Shown: positions 9,897 through 20,330 of the stretch, one piece after another
Numbering within the stretch: position 1 is the first letter of the stretch
Layout of the letters: every line of letters starts with the position of its first letter
Assembly: GCA_963753055.1 (NCBI GenBank)
Contig: CAVWAP010000004.1
Location: 1,050,575-1,114,574, forward strand
Direction of reading: 5' to 3'
DNA from: an uncultured Bacteroidales bacterium
GTDB taxonomy: Bacteria; Bacteroidota; Bacteroidia; Bacteroidales; B18-G4
Length of the DNA stretch: 64,000 nt
Translations under genes and position numbers: made by a program
The notes under the pieces: model-generated
What the model was told of the DNA's origin: nothing
The model's database searches: none
Seen by the model: only the letters and a program-made list of their open reading frames with translations

Positions 9897-10973
9897 ATGA
9901 AAAGAATGAAGCTTTTAACATGGTTATTGATCTTTCCACTGATTGCAGGAATGTTATTAACATCTTGTAAAGATGATGATGAAGATGATACAACACCTGT
10001 GAATTTCACAACGTTGGATGCTACAATCACTGATGCACAGGATATGCATGATGCGGCAGTAGAAGGCACCAATATTGGTGAGTATGAGGCTGGATCCAAG
10101 GCTGACTTGCAGACTGCAATCGACCTGGCTACAGCAGTACGTGGCACCACTGGAGTAACTCAAGCACAGGTTGATGCTGCAGTAGTAGCATTGGAAGCCG
10201 CAATGGTTACCTTCGAGTCGAAAAAGATCGAACAGATCGCTCCGGAAAACCTGGTAGCCAACTGGCTGTTTAATGGCGATGCAACAGATGCCAGCGGAAA
10301 TGGCCATGATGGAACAATTGAAGATGGCTATGTATTAAATGGTAGCGGATCAATTGTATCCACAGAAGACCGCCTTGGTAACGCAGACTACGCCTATATG
10401 TTTGAAGGTGGTGGTAACATTGTCGTTGCCCAGGATCCTGCCTTGAACCCAGCTGAAATGACCATCGTGACCTGGATCAAAATTGGTGATGATGGTTGGG
10501 CTCACAGATATTTCCTTTCCAATGATATCTGGAACTGCTGGAAATTCCAGGTACAGGATGCCAACAAACCTTTCTTTACACGTAAGATCTTGAAAGATGA
10601 TGGCTCTGGAGAGAATGCATGGATAGACAAGGACAGCAATACAGGTGTTCTTGAAAATGATATCTGGACGCATATTGCTATGGCATTTAAGAGCGGCGAG
10701 ATGTGGTTTTATATCAATGGTACAGAAGTTGCGTACTGGAATGACTTCCCAACAGGTACACCGGTTGAACCGAATGCAATGGTTGATATCTGTATAGGAC
10801 AGGCTCTTCCAACAGGAGTATACTCTGATGTTCCCGGAGATCCTTACGAGTGGAAAGAATGGCTGGGATACATGAAAGGCTGTCTTGACGATCTGAAAAT
10901 TTATAACAAGGTACTTACAGGAACTCAGGTGAATCAAATTTATACCTGGGAGAAGGACAATGTTAATGAATAA
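9897..10973 (+). CDS. Surface lipoprotein with helical spacer and LamG/ConA-like domain (glycan-binding candidate)
   Basis: LTSC lipobox, W.FNGDATD, WTHIA, LDDLKIYNKVLT; directly downstream of susD. Confidence 0.85.
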   Translation: MKRMKLLTWLLIFPLIAGMLLTSCKDDDEDDTTPVNFTTLDATITDAQDMHDAAVEGTNIGEYEAGSKADLQTAIDLATAVRGTTGVTQAQVDAAVVALEAAMVTFESKKIEQIAPENLVANWLFNGDATDASGNGHDGTIEDGYVLNGSGSIVSTEDRLGNADYAYMFEGGGNIVVAQDPALNPAEMTIVTWIKIGDDGWAHRYFLSNDIWNCWKFQVQDANKPFFTRKILKDDGSGENAWIDKDSNTGVLENDIWTHIAMAFKSGEMWFYINGTEVAYWNDFPTGTPVEPNAMVDICIGQALPTGVYSDVPGDPYEWKEWLGYMKGCLDDLKIYNKVLTGTQVNQIYTWEKDNVNE

Positions 10974-10989
10974 TTAGATTAAACCTCAC

Positions 10990-11035
10990 AAAAGGCTGTC
11001 TTAAATTATACTTAATTTTATGACAGCCTTTTTTT
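10990..11035 (+). terminator. Stem-loop / terminator
   Basis: aaaaggctgtc...gacagcctttt followed by a T run. Confidence 0.7.
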
Positions 11036-11041
11036 ATCATT

Positions 11042-12340
11042 ATGTATCCTGTGAAAAGTATATTACATTTCCTGGCTTTCTTTTTGTTGATCATGCTTGC
11101 CATTACATCATGCCAGAGATCCGGTAATGGCGGGGAAATGCTGTTCTGGTCCTCCAATAATGCACAGGAGATAACTTTTACCAGGCAACTGGTAGATGAT
11201 TGGAATAGAGATCATCCTGACAGGCTTATCAGGCACCAGCCCATTCCTGAAGGACAATCCAGTGAGGAGATCATCCTGGCAGCTGTGGTAGGCAAGACCA
11301 CGCCTGATATTTACGCCAATATGATGCAGGGAACTTCAGAATTGTATGCCAATGCCGGGGTACTGGTTCCTTTAGATACCCTGGATGGTTTTATTGAGTT
11401 CATCCGTGAACGTTGCTCTGATGAGGTGATTGAAGAGATCACATCCACAGATGGACATATCTACCAGGTGCCATGGAAAGTAAATCCTATCATAACTTTG
11501 TATAATGTTGATGTTATTGAAAATCTTAACCTGGAAGGATTGCCCGATACATATTCCACATACCTCGAGGCAGCCAGGCAGATCCAGAAGGACACGGATG
11601 GAGATGGTTATGTGGATCAGTGGATCGGGAATACATCTGTGCTCCCGGTCTGGTATCAGAGGTTATTTAATTTCTATCCTTTGTACCTGGCAGCATCAGG
11701 GGGAGCGAAACTCATAGAAAATAACAGGGCTGCCTTCAATAATGAATATGGAATCAGCGTTTTCAAGTTCCTTCAGGAGCTGTACGAAAAGAATTACTTC
11801 ATCAGGCAAAGAATGTCGGGGGTTCAGGACCCATTCATGCTTAGAATGATATATACCCAGTTTACAGGACCCTGGCAGATCAGGTTCCTGGATAAATTTA
11901 AACCTGATAACCTGAACTACGCCTTTTTCCCCATACCTGTCCCTGATGATCATCAAGGCCCTGTTTATACCTATGGTGACCCTAAAAACCTTGTTCTCTT
12001 TAACACCTGCAAAGATCCTCAGGCCGCCTGGGAATTCATCAAGACCATGATAAGCAAGGAAGGGGACCTTGAGTTGATCAGGATAACCGGCCAGTTTCCG
12101 AGGAGGAACAACATTTCTGAGGATGAATTTTTTCAGGAAATTATACAGGAAAGTCCTCATTACAAGGTGTTTGCCAAACAGGTTAATCATATCAGAGGAC
12201 TGGATAACCACGAGCTCATTGTTGAAGTGCTGGATATCATTTCACAGGAATATGAAGCTTGTGTGATTTATAGCAAGAAAACTGCTGAGGAAGCCCTTGC
12301 TGATGCTGAGAAAGCAGTAAATATCCTGCTCAGGGATTAG
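11042..12340 (+). CDS. Carbohydrate ABC transporter substrate-binding lipoprotein
   Basis: ITSC lipobox, DGHIYQVPW, TGPW, AAWEFIK typical of SBP_bac_1/8. Confidence 0.9.
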   Translation: MYPVKSILHFLAFFLLIMLAITSCQRSGNGGEMLFWSSNNAQEITFTRQLVDDWNRDHPDRLIRHQPIPEGQSSEEIILAAVVGKTTPDIYANMMQGTSELYANAGVLVPLDTLDGFIEFIRERCSDEVIEEITSTDGHIYQVPWKVNPIITLYNVDVIENLNLEGLPDTYSTYLEAARQIQKDTDGDGYVDQWIGNTSVLPVWYQRLFNFYPLYLAASGGAKLIENNRAAFNNEYGISVFKFLQELYEKNYFIRQRMSGVQDPFMLRMIYTQFTGPWQIRFLDKFKPDNLNYAFFPIPVPDDHQGPVYTYGDPKNLVLFNTCKDPQAAWEFIKTMISKEGDLELIRITGQFPRRNNISEDEFFQEIIQESPHYKVFAKQVNHIRGLDNHELIVEVLDIISQEYEACVIYSKKTAEEALADAEKAVNILLRD

Positions 12341-12352
12341 GGCTGGGCTTTC

Positions 12353-13456
12353 CTATCGTATTACCTGTTCTGTTTTTTTATCAAAAAATTGCATTTTAGA
12401 AATATCAATGAAAATGTCCACCTTATCTCCGGCAGAAGCCCGGGTGTCCGGTGCTAACCTTGCGATAAGCTGTTTGTTGCCAAGGGGGGCATAGATAAGC
12501 ATTTCATTTCCCATCTGCTCTATGGCATTGATTACAATTGGAAATGCCTGGGTCTTACGATCAATATTAGGTGATGAAGCAAGGTCTTCCGGCCTGATCC
12601 CCATTACCACATCTTTCCCGACATATTCACTCAATCCCTCAATCACATAATCACTTAATAACTTAAAGCGAATACCTAAAGTCTCGTTTACAAAAGTCAA
12701 TCCATGTTCATCCCGGATCATTCCTTCAATAAAGTTGATAGGTGGTGAACCGATGAAGCCAGCCACAAACATATTATCCGGCTCATTGTACAGTTCCATG
12801 GGGGAACCGATTTGCATGATATCACCGTCTTTCAATACCACGATGCGGTCACCCAGGGTCATGGCTTCGGTCTGGTCATGAGTAACATAGACCATGGTTG
12901 TTTCCAGTCGCTGATGGAGCTTTTGCAATTCTACCCTCATTTGCACCCTCAGCTTTGCATCCAAATTACTCAGGGGCTCGTCAAAAAGAAAAACTTTGGG
13001 ATCGCGGACGATGGCCCTTCCTATGGCAATCCGTTGCCTTTGTCCCCCCGACATTGCCTTCGGCTTACGCTCCAGCAACTCGGTAATCTCCAGGATTTCA
13101 GCTGCTTTCCTGACTCTCTTGTCAATTTCTACCTTACTTACTTTTTTCAGTTTCAGGCCAAATGCCATATTCTGATAAGAGGTCATGTGTGGGTATAAGG
13201 CATAGTTTTGAAAAACCATAGCAATGTTCCGGTCTTTGGGGGGAAGGTCGTTAACCCTGGTCTTGTCGATATACATATCTCCTTTGCTTATCTCCTCAAG
13301 ACCGGCAATCATTCTCAATAAAGTGCTTTTACCGCATCCGGAAGGTCCGACCAGAACCATGAATTCCCCTTCGTTGATCTCAAAGCTTGCATCTTTGATG
13401 ACAAAAACCTTCCCATCATAGGTCTTGGCAATATTTTTTACGCTTACTGTAGCCAT
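12353..13456 (-). CDS. Sugar ABC transporter ATPase (MalK/MsmX/UgpC family)
   Basis: GPSGCGKST, MSGGQRQR, FLFDEPLSNLDAKLR, C-terminal TOBE-like region. Confidence 0.95.
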   Translation of the reverse strand: MATVSVKNIAKTYDGKVFVIKDASFEINEGEFMVLVGPSGCGKSTLLRMIAGLEEISKGDMYIDKTRVNDLPPKDRNIAMVFQNYALYPHMTSYQNMAFGLKLKKVSKVEIDKRVRKAAEILEITELLERKPKAMSGGQRQRIAIGRAIVRDPKVFLFDEPLSNLDAKLRVQMRVELQKLHQRLETTMVYVTHDQTEAMTLGDRIVVLKDGDIMQIGSPMELYNEPDNMFVAGFIGSPPINFIEGMIRDEHGLTFVNETLGIRFKLLSDYVIEGLSEYVGKDVVMGIRPEDLASSPNIDRKTQAFPIVINAIEQMGNEMLIYAPLGNKQLIARLAPDTRASAGDKVDIFIDISKMQFFDKKTEQVIR

Positions 13457-13480
13457 CTCTGTAAATGTATAAAAAAAGCA

Positions 13481-14605
13481 TCAAAGGCCAAAATATGATT
13501 TAGGAATATGAGTGATCCGGCAGGCCAGGTCCAGCTCACCGGAAGCAACGATAAAATAATCCCCTGCATCGATGATGCCTGTGGTAAAAACAACATTATG
13601 TAAATAAATCTGATCCTTGATATCAGCTGTAAGCTCAGCCTGGAATTCCAGCAATGGAACTTTATCTTCCATGAATATTACCCTGTTTGGGTCATCCTGA
13701 TCAAGCAAGGCCCAGTAGGTTCTGTAAATACCAACTTCACCACTGGTCTCAACCCCGTGGAATAATTCCAGCCAGCCCCTGGAGGTCAGGATAGGAGGGG
13801 TGCCACCCCCGATTCGGTTTGTGAAGCCTGAATCCTTCCCTGATCTGATGAATGGGTGGTCTGTTGGCTTCCAGTGTAAAAGATCGGGTGATACAGCCAG
13901 GTTAATGGATGGTCCTGCGTAATATTCTGATTTATCCCCGGTATCAAAATAAAGCATTCCCAATGGCCTGGTCATTGCATAATACATATTGCCTATCTTA
14001 GCTTCAAAGATTAGCATGTCCTTATTTTGATGATCCAGCACTATCCCTTCAAAATGATAATCCAGCCCATTATCGCTTGAAAATAAAGTCGTTGCATGTC
14101 TTTCAGAACTTACCGTGCAGGTAGTCATATAGTATTTCCCATCTATAAAGGAAATCCTGGCATCCTCGATCCCATACTCCTGGCTTGTTCGGTCCGGAGA
14201 TATTATTTTATCATAATGGATATTTATCACCTCCAGGCCGTCCGGACTCAACTCCACAGGCAGCAACCATGATAATGAAGTCAGTGCGTAAACTAACGTC
14301 GGTAGGTATTTTTTCAAAATGAACTTCCGGGGGTCATCTGTGATCACCTCATCAAGGGGAAAAGCTTCAAGCCTGTATCCTTCCGGTCCCCAGCCGATGG
14401 CATGTATCTTATCCCCAATAGCAGGGTTCTTCAAAGCTTCTGCTACCCTCACCATGATAAGCAGGTTCCCGCCTGGAAGCCTTGTCAGGCCAGGGTTAAA
14501 AGCCCCAAGGACATAAGTCTCAGCATCCAGGCTTTTACGCAAAGGAGAATACCTTAGATCTACATCGTCAGGAGAAAAGATTAGTTTGTCTACTTCAAAA
14601 TTCAT
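13481..14605 (-). CDS. GH130-family glycosidase/phosphorylase
   Basis: GAFNPG, EYGIEDARI, NKD, IGGGTPP, NVVFTTG. Confidence 0.85.
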   Translation of the reverse strand: MNFEVDKLIFSPDDVDLRYSPLRKSLDAETYVLGAFNPGLTRLPGGNLLIMVRVAEALKNPAIGDKIHAIGWGPEGYRLEAFPLDEVITDDPRKFILKKYLPTLVYALTSLSWLLPVELSPDGLEVINIHYDKIISPDRTSQEYGIEDARISFIDGKYYMTTCTVSSERHATTLFSSDNGLDYHFEGIVLDHQNKDMLIFEAKIGNMYYAMTRPLGMLYFDTGDKSEYYAGPSINLAVSPDLLHWKPTDHPFIRSGKDSGFTNRIGGGTPPILTSRGWLELFHGVETSGEVGIYRTYWALLDQDDPNRVIFMEDKVPLLEFQAELTADIKDQIYLHNVVFTTGIIDAGDYFIVASGELDLACRITHIPKSYFGL

Positions 14606-14624
14606 ATCCTCGTATATTCATATT

Positions 14625-14696
14625 CAACTTACAACCTACAACCTATAACTTATAACTTATAACCTATAACCTATAACTTATAACCTATAACCTATA
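14625..14696. repeat. Heptamer array (ataacct/ataactt) overlapping the stop of the upstream GH130
   Basis: About 10 units of period 7; same family as the reverse complement of 53137-53187. Confidence 0.95.
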
Positions 14697-15788
14697 TTGG
14701 GGAATTCCGGATAATGGATCCTGTGGAAAACGCTTACACAATTCAACCAGCACATCCTCATGCGTAATCCCCAGGTTCATCACGGTGTCATTTCCTCCAT
14801 AATAAATATAGACGCTGCCATCATCATTGCGTATCGCACCGCATGCAAAGACAACATGTGGGACGTGGATGTATGCGGATTCATCTACCTTGCAATCAGC
14901 TGCCGATGGGAAAAGTATGGGGATATTTGATACTTTGAGTTTTTCCGGATCGTTCAGGTCGTGTATGGCTACCCCGAGAACATATGGGTTACCATCCATT
15001 GTGTTGCGAACACCATGGAAGATATTTATCCAACCATGATTAGTTTTTATGGGCGGAGCACCCGGGCCTATCTTGTCACCGAAGGAGCTGGGGCCTCCTG
15101 CCTGTTTCATGATTGGGCGATTGTCGATTTTCCATTGTCGATGTTCGATTTTACCTGTAGTACCGATTAAAATCTGTTTAAAAATGCCGCCTGTATGATC
15201 CTGGGTGTGATCGTTAGGCCTGAAGAGAGCATAATACTTTCCATTTATCATTTCCGGAAAGATAACTACATTCCTCATATCCACATCCAGCAGGGGGCCG
15301 TGCCTGGTGAATGTCTTGAAGTCTTCTGTCGTCGCCAACGACACCCTGACCCTGTCCTTTTCTAATCCGTGATAAGCACTGTAGGTGATATAATAGATTC
15401 CATCAATCCTGGTAATTCTTGGGTCTTCCACTCCGCCTGCTTCATCTTCATTTTCCGGTACCATAGCTGGCTTTTCATCAACGGTCCAGTCAACCCCATT
15501 CATGCTTCTGGCTAAACCGATAATAGAGATCCCATTGCGTAAATGGGAACGAAATAGCATTATAAACTCATTATTGTACATTGTTACCCCGGCATTGTGA
15601 GCTGTGATTACCTGCTTCCCGGGAGAAGTCCAGACTTTATTTACATCCCGGGGGGAGAGGATGGGGTTTCCCGGCCACCTGAACACAGGATTATTAAGGT
15701 CGACAGTGAAATCGATATCCTTGATACTGATCTGTCTTTCAACGTTTTTCATATACTTTATTGATGTCTGCAACAGGATGATTTTCAA
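14685..15788 (-). CDS. GH130 beta-mannoside phosphorylase-like protein (true start probably ~15752)
   Basis: NPIL, GGVEDPRIT, KIGPGAPPI, HVVFACG, YYGGND. Confidence 0.9.
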   Translation of the reverse strand: MKIILLQTSIKYMKNVERQISIKDIDFTVDLNNPVFRWPGNPILSPRDVNKVWTSPGKQVITAHNAGVTMYNNEFIMLFRSHLRNGISIIGLARSMNGVDWTVDEKPAMVPENEDEAGGVEDPRITRIDGIYYITYSAYHGLEKDRVRVSLATTEDFKTFTRHGPLLDVDMRNVVIFPEMINGKYYALFRPNDHTQDHTGGIFKQILIGTTGKIEHRQWKIDNRPIMKQAGGPSSFGDKIGPGAPPIKTNHGWINIFHGVRNTMDGNPYVLGVAIHDLNDPEKLKVSNIPILFPSAADCKVDESAYIHVPHVVFACGAIRNDDGSVYIYYGGNDTVMNLGITHEDVLVELCKRFPQDPLSGIPQYRL

Positions 15789-17025
15789 TAGCTTGTAATG
15801 TCAGGAGCGCTTCAATGCTTGATTCAGCCCCAGAGTTCAGGTTCACTTCATCTTCTGAAACGATTCCATCAAAGCACCTTCCGGTATTAGGATCATACAT
15901 CATCCTGCCTGCTGGATTATTGCCTGAAAACCAGGATGCTGCCTGTTCGCCCAATCGAATATATTTCTTGTCACCTGTAACATCATAGGCTTCCAGGCAG
16001 GCATAAACAATGGGCCTGATTCCATAAGCAATCTGTGGAAACAACTCATATTCATAGGGGGTGAGTTTTTCTTCAGCATACTCAATATAGAAATGATGTG
16101 CTATTCCCTCATCGAGTAAGTATGGGTAGAAATAATCAATCTCATGCAGCGCACTCCTGATATAGTCCTCCCTTTTAAGCAAATCGCCTGCTTTTAGCAT
16201 AGCATATGCCTGAATATTACCATAGGAATGCCAGAGGTTATTCCAGCTCAGAAATGCATTATAGGGAAAATGTAAATCGTCACCCAACTGCGTCAGCATC
16301 AGGCCGTCGGCAAACTTTTCCATAAGAGCCAGTACACGTTCATCCTGTTTGATATTATTATGGTAGGCTATCATGGCCATAACCAGGATAGCTGACTGAT
16401 CATATGCAGTACCAAGAGGAAACCAGTTAGGAAGGCTTATTCCTTTATAGTTAATTGTGTCTTCGGGTTGGTTGAGATAGCTGTCGATGACCACTGAAAT
16501 AAGATCTCCACATGACTTTCTTGCATTATCTTCCAGGTCTCCCGATAGATGAGGGTATGCCTCTGCCAGGGCCCACAGGGCACGCCACGACCACCAGTTG
16601 GGTTCAGGAAGCGATGTCCTGTAAGTTTTATTTATGGACATGTCACCCCAAAGAAAATTATAGAAATATCCATTTTCGGCCTGCATCTCAAGGATGAAAT
16701 GTGTCATTCCCCTAATCATTGGTTTGATGTCACTCTTTTTTGCGAGATTATCATCAATAGATAATAATACCAGTGCCCTGGCAACATCATCAACACAGGT
16801 GTAACCTTCATCAGGCTCTATAGTAAATTGATAATCAGGATATTCGCTGTAAATATGCACAATACCGACCTCGCTGCCGTTTTTTAATGTGGCACTTGTA
16901 TACAGATGTTTCAGGTGGTCCAGGTTTAGGATTTTTTGACTTTGATCACCATGGTTTGTGTTGCAGGCAATCAATACCAGGACAAAAACAAACAAGAGGA
17001 AGCTAATGATCTTTTTACCTTTCAT
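15739..17025 (-). CDS. Lipoprotein with probable (alpha/alpha)6 six-hairpin glycosidase-like fold
   Basis: LIAC lipobox; YTCVDDVARA, WF.GNN, GRCFDG, NLNSGAES resemble the domain fused to GT4 proteins next to GH130 genes. Confidence 0.65.
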   Translation of the reverse strand: MKGKKIISFLLFVFVLVLIACNTNHGDQSQKILNLDHLKHLYTSATLKNGSEVGIVHIYSEYPDYQFTIEPDEGYTCVDDVARALVLLSIDDNLAKKSDIKPMIRGMTHFILEMQAENGYFYNFLWGDMSINKTYRTSLPEPNWWSWRALWALAEAYPHLSGDLEDNARKSCGDLISVVIDSYLNQPEDTINYKGISLPNWFPLGTAYDQSAILVMAMIAYHNNIKQDERVLALMEKFADGLMLTQLGDDLHFPYNAFLSWNNLWHSYGNIQAYAMLKAGDLLKREDYIRSALHEIDYFYPYLLDEGIAHHFYIEYAEEKLTPYEYELFPQIAYGIRPIVYACLEAYDVTGDKKYIRLGEQAASWFSGNNPAGRMMYDPNTGRCFDGIVSEDEVNLNSGAESSIEALLTLQAIENHPVADINKVYEKR

Positions 17026-17162
17026 TGTAAGTACGAATATATTAACTTATTCCTTTATATTAATATTATTTCTATATTGCATATTAATTTTGAAACAGAA
17101 ACCCTCCCGGGAACGTTAAAATATGTACCTGGGACGATAAATTATCAAATCTCTGACCAGCA

Positions 17163-18638
17163 ATGCAAGTTACAGTTAACCGAACGGATATTAAATTTCC
17201 ACCCGATCCCAACAGGGTGATAGCCCGGTTTTTTTATCTCACTGATGAAAGAAGCGCAAATATCATTCGCAGGGTACTTACCTTATCAGATGAGCAGGTC
17301 AAAATTGCATTGAGCCAGGTGCTCAGGGGCTATACCAAACGCCACAGGAATATTTCAAAAATCTTTGAAAAACATTTTAATAAGCTTACCGATATTTTTC
17401 AGCAAATGAAAATTGATCCCAATTCGATCAATGATCGTATGAAATTGCTTATCGGATCTTATTTCACTATGGAATATTCAATTGAATCGGCTGCTATTTT
17501 TAATCCATCGATCGTTGAACACCCTGATCAGACTGAGCTTGCCCCAGGAGAGAAAAGGGTCATTATAAGTTTCAGGGCAACAGGTGAAGGCCATATTTCT
17601 TCCATCGTATTCCGTTCCGGCGTCATTGATAAAGAAGATAACCTCATTTTTGAGTCTGCAGGAAACATGCTTGATGAACCTGAAAGGATACAAAAGTATA
17701 TTTATGATAAAGAATCATTCATTCAAAAACTGAATGAAATGCAGACTTTCAATAATCTCTTGCCATTAAGGGAGATATTGAAACCCTGTGGAGATCAGTT
17801 CAGCTATGGGGAATTGAAATTGTGCATAAGCGAGGCAAAAAGCAAACTTAAACTTTCGCTTGCCAAGGAGATGTTATTGAATGAAATTATATGGCTAGCA
17901 TCATCCCATTATGAGATTGAGTTTTCGCTTGATACAGCCACATCTGAGAGGGTCATTTTCCCTATTGCCCGTACCGAGAAAAGTGGTATTGAGGATGCCC
18001 GTTTTGTAAAGTTTACCGATGATGATGGAGAAATTACTTATTATGCTACTTATACGGCATATGATGGGATCACCATTTTGCCTAAGTTTATTGAAACCAA
18101 GGATTTCTATAATTTTAAAGTTAGGCCTGTGCATGGTGAGATTGCGGAGAATAAAGGCATGGCCCTATTCCCGAGAAAGATCAATGGCAAGTTTGCCATG
18201 CTTTGCAGGATTGATAATGAAAATAATTATATCGCCTTTTCTGACCAGATCAACTTGTGGCGGGAGGCAAAGATCATTCAGGAACCACAATACCATTGGG
18301 AGTTCATCCAGATTGGCAATTGTGGTTCACCCATTGAGACCAAAGACGGATGGCTTGTGATCACTCATGCTGTAGGGCAAATGCGTGAATATGTCCTTGG
18401 AGCCATTTTGCTCGACCTGGATGATCCATCTAAAGTTATTGGTAAGCTGGAAACTCCCCTGATGATACCTAATGCAGAAGAAAGGGAAGGCTACGTGCCT
18501 AATGTCATTTATTCCTGTGGATCAATGATCCACAACAATAACCTTGTGATACCCTATGCTATGTCGGATTATGCTTCCACATTTGCCTATGTCAATGTTG
18601 AAGAGCTTTTAGGAGAGCTGAAAAGTCCGAAAAAATAA
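17163..18638 (+). CDS. GH130-family protein, long form with N-terminal helical extension
   Basis: RVIARFF, YSIESAAIFNPS, GIEDARFV, NKGMALFPR, GNCGSP, REGYVPNVIYSCG. Confidence 0.88.
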   Translation: MQVTVNRTDIKFPPDPNRVIARFFYLTDERSANIIRRVLTLSDEQVKIALSQVLRGYTKRHRNISKIFEKHFNKLTDIFQQMKIDPNSINDRMKLLIGSYFTMEYSIESAAIFNPSIVEHPDQTELAPGEKRVIISFRATGEGHISSIVFRSGVIDKEDNLIFESAGNMLDEPERIQKYIYDKESFIQKLNEMQTFNNLLPLREILKPCGDQFSYGELKLCISEAKSKLKLSLAKEMLLNEIIWLASSHYEIEFSLDTATSERVIFPIARTEKSGIEDARFVKFTDDDGEITYYATYTAYDGITILPKFIETKDFYNFKVRPVHGEIAENKGMALFPRKINGKFAMLCRIDNENNYIAFSDQINLWREAKIIQEPQYHWEFIQIGNCGSPIETKDGWLVITHAVGQMREYVLGAILLDLDDPSKVIGKLETPLMIPNAEEREGYVPNVIYSCGSMIHNNNLVIPYAMSDYASTFAYVNVEELLGELKSPKK

Positions 18639-18649
18639 TCCCTGTTGAT

Positions 18650-19498
18650 TTATTCTTTTAAACCTGTTGATGCCATACTCTGGATAAAGTATTTCTGGAA
18701 GAACAGGTAGGTGATGATGATTGGTGCGGCCAGGAACACCGCTGAGGCTAGTTTAACACCAATTTGGGCTTCTGAGCGGCCACCGACCGCAAATAAGGTA
18801 ACCAGCTGTGGCAGGGTCATCAGGTTTTCCTCCCTGATGACGATCAATGGCCATAGGACCTCATTCCAGGAACCCATAAATGCCAGGATCCCAACCATGA
18901 TGATCGTAGGTTTGATATTTGGCCAGAGTATTGTAAAGACTATCCTTAGTTCGCCACACCCATCAATGCGGGCTGCATCGATCAGGGCCTGTGGTAAGCC
19001 CATAAATGCCTGCCTGAACATTAGTATGGCAAAAGCATTGATCATAAAGGGAACAGTGAGGCTGAGGTAGGTGTCAACCCAGCGAAATTTCACCATTAGT
19101 ATATAGTTGGGTATCAGGGTGATCAGGAATGGCAGGGTCATAGTGAAAATAATGATGAAAAAGATAAGACTCCTGCCTTTGAACTGCATCCTGGAAAGGG
19201 CATAACCAACCATGGAAGAAAAAACCAATGAAAAACCGGTATTTATTAAGGAAACAAAAACACTATTGAACAAAGCCCTTCCAATAGGGATCTTGCTGAT
19301 CATGTTCCGGTAATTATCAAAAGTGAACTCGGAAGGGAATAAGACCAGGTTACCTACTTCGGCATTAGGAGTTAAGGAAGCCATTATCATCCATATAAAA
19401 GGATAGATGAAACTCAGTGCAGCAGCTGTGAGTACCGTATATAGAATTATCCTCTTAATCATCCCTTTCAACATATTTCTTTTGAATAATAACGACAA
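18650..19498 (-). CDS. Carbohydrate ABC permease (MalG-like)
   Basis: About six TM segments, LIDAARIDG EAA motif, WNEVLWP. Confidence 0.93.
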   Translation of the reverse strand: MSLLFKRNMLKGMIKRIILYTVLTAAALSFIYPFIWMIMASLTPNAEVGNLVLFPSEFTFDNYRNMISKIPIGRALFNSVFVSLINTGFSLVFSSMVGYALSRMQFKGRSLIFFIIIFTMTLPFLITLIPNYILMVKFRWVDTYLSLTVPFMINAFAILMFRQAFMGLPQALIDAARIDGCGELRIVFTILWPNIKPTIIMVGILAFMGSWNEVLWPLIVIREENLMTLPQLVTLFAVGGRSEAQIGVKLASAVFLAAPIIITYLFFQKYFIQSMASTGLKE

Positions 19499-20318
19499 GC
19501 ACGATCAAAAAGGCAAAGAACACACCCAGCGTGGCAGAGTATCCCATGTGATAATATTCAAATGCCTGTTTATATATGTAAAGGACCGCCGAGAGTGTGC
19601 TGTTCAAAGGCCCACCCTGGGTCAGAATATATGGTTCAATGAACAATGAAAATCCACCTATGGTGGAAAGGACCACCACCATAAAAATGGTAGGGTTGAT
19701 CATTGGTATTGTTATATGAATGAACTTCTGCCAGTGTGTAGCCCCTTCAAGATCAGCAGCTTCATAGTACTGCCGTGGAACTGTTTGTAGTCCAACCAGG
19801 AACAGAATAACGTACAAGCCCACATTCTTCCAGGTGGCCATGATGGCGATGGAGACCATGGCGACATCCGGATCGATGAGCCATCCCACTTTCCCGAAGC
19901 CTATAAAAACCAGCAGGCGGTTAAACAACCCAGTTTCATAATTGAAAAGTTGTTGCCACATCATGGTAATGACAACACCTGAGATAACAACTGGTAGGAA
20001 GAAGGCCGCCCTGAAGAAGCCCCTTAATATGATTTTCTGGTTAAGCACTTCGGCCAGCAGAAGTGCAAACACGAGCTGTAAGGGGATGTGTATGATAAGA
20101 AACTTCAGGGTATTCAGGATGGCTTTCCAGAAGAGCCTGTCGTTAAAGAGTTGATGCCAGTTGCCCAGGCCAGTCCACTCCATAGGTCCGATGATATTCC
20201 ACTTATAAAAGGTCAGAAAAAGTGAAAACAGTACGGGGAATGTTGTAAAGACAAGCAGGTGCGTCAGGTAGGGTGACACCATGAAGTAGGGGAGAAGCCG
20301 TTTTCTGACCTTGCTCAT
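19455..20318 (-). CDS. Carbohydrate ABC permease (MalF-like)
   Basis: YYEAADLEGA motif, LTQGGP, MGYSA. Confidence 0.93.
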   Translation of the reverse strand: MSKVRKRLLPYFMVSPYLTHLLVFTTFPVLFSLFLTFYKWNIIGPMEWTGLGNWHQLFNDRLFWKAILNTLKFLIIHIPLQLVFALLLAEVLNQKIILRGFFRAAFFLPVVISGVVITMMWQQLFNYETGLFNRLLVFIGFGKVGWLIDPDVAMVSIAIMATWKNVGLYVILFLVGLQTVPRQYYEAADLEGATHWQKFIHITIPMINPTIFMVVVLSTIGGFSLFIEPYILTQGGPLNSTLSAVLYIYKQAFEYYHMGYSATLGVFFAFLIVLVVIIQKKYVERDD

Positions 20319-20330
20319 TATCTGCTTTAA

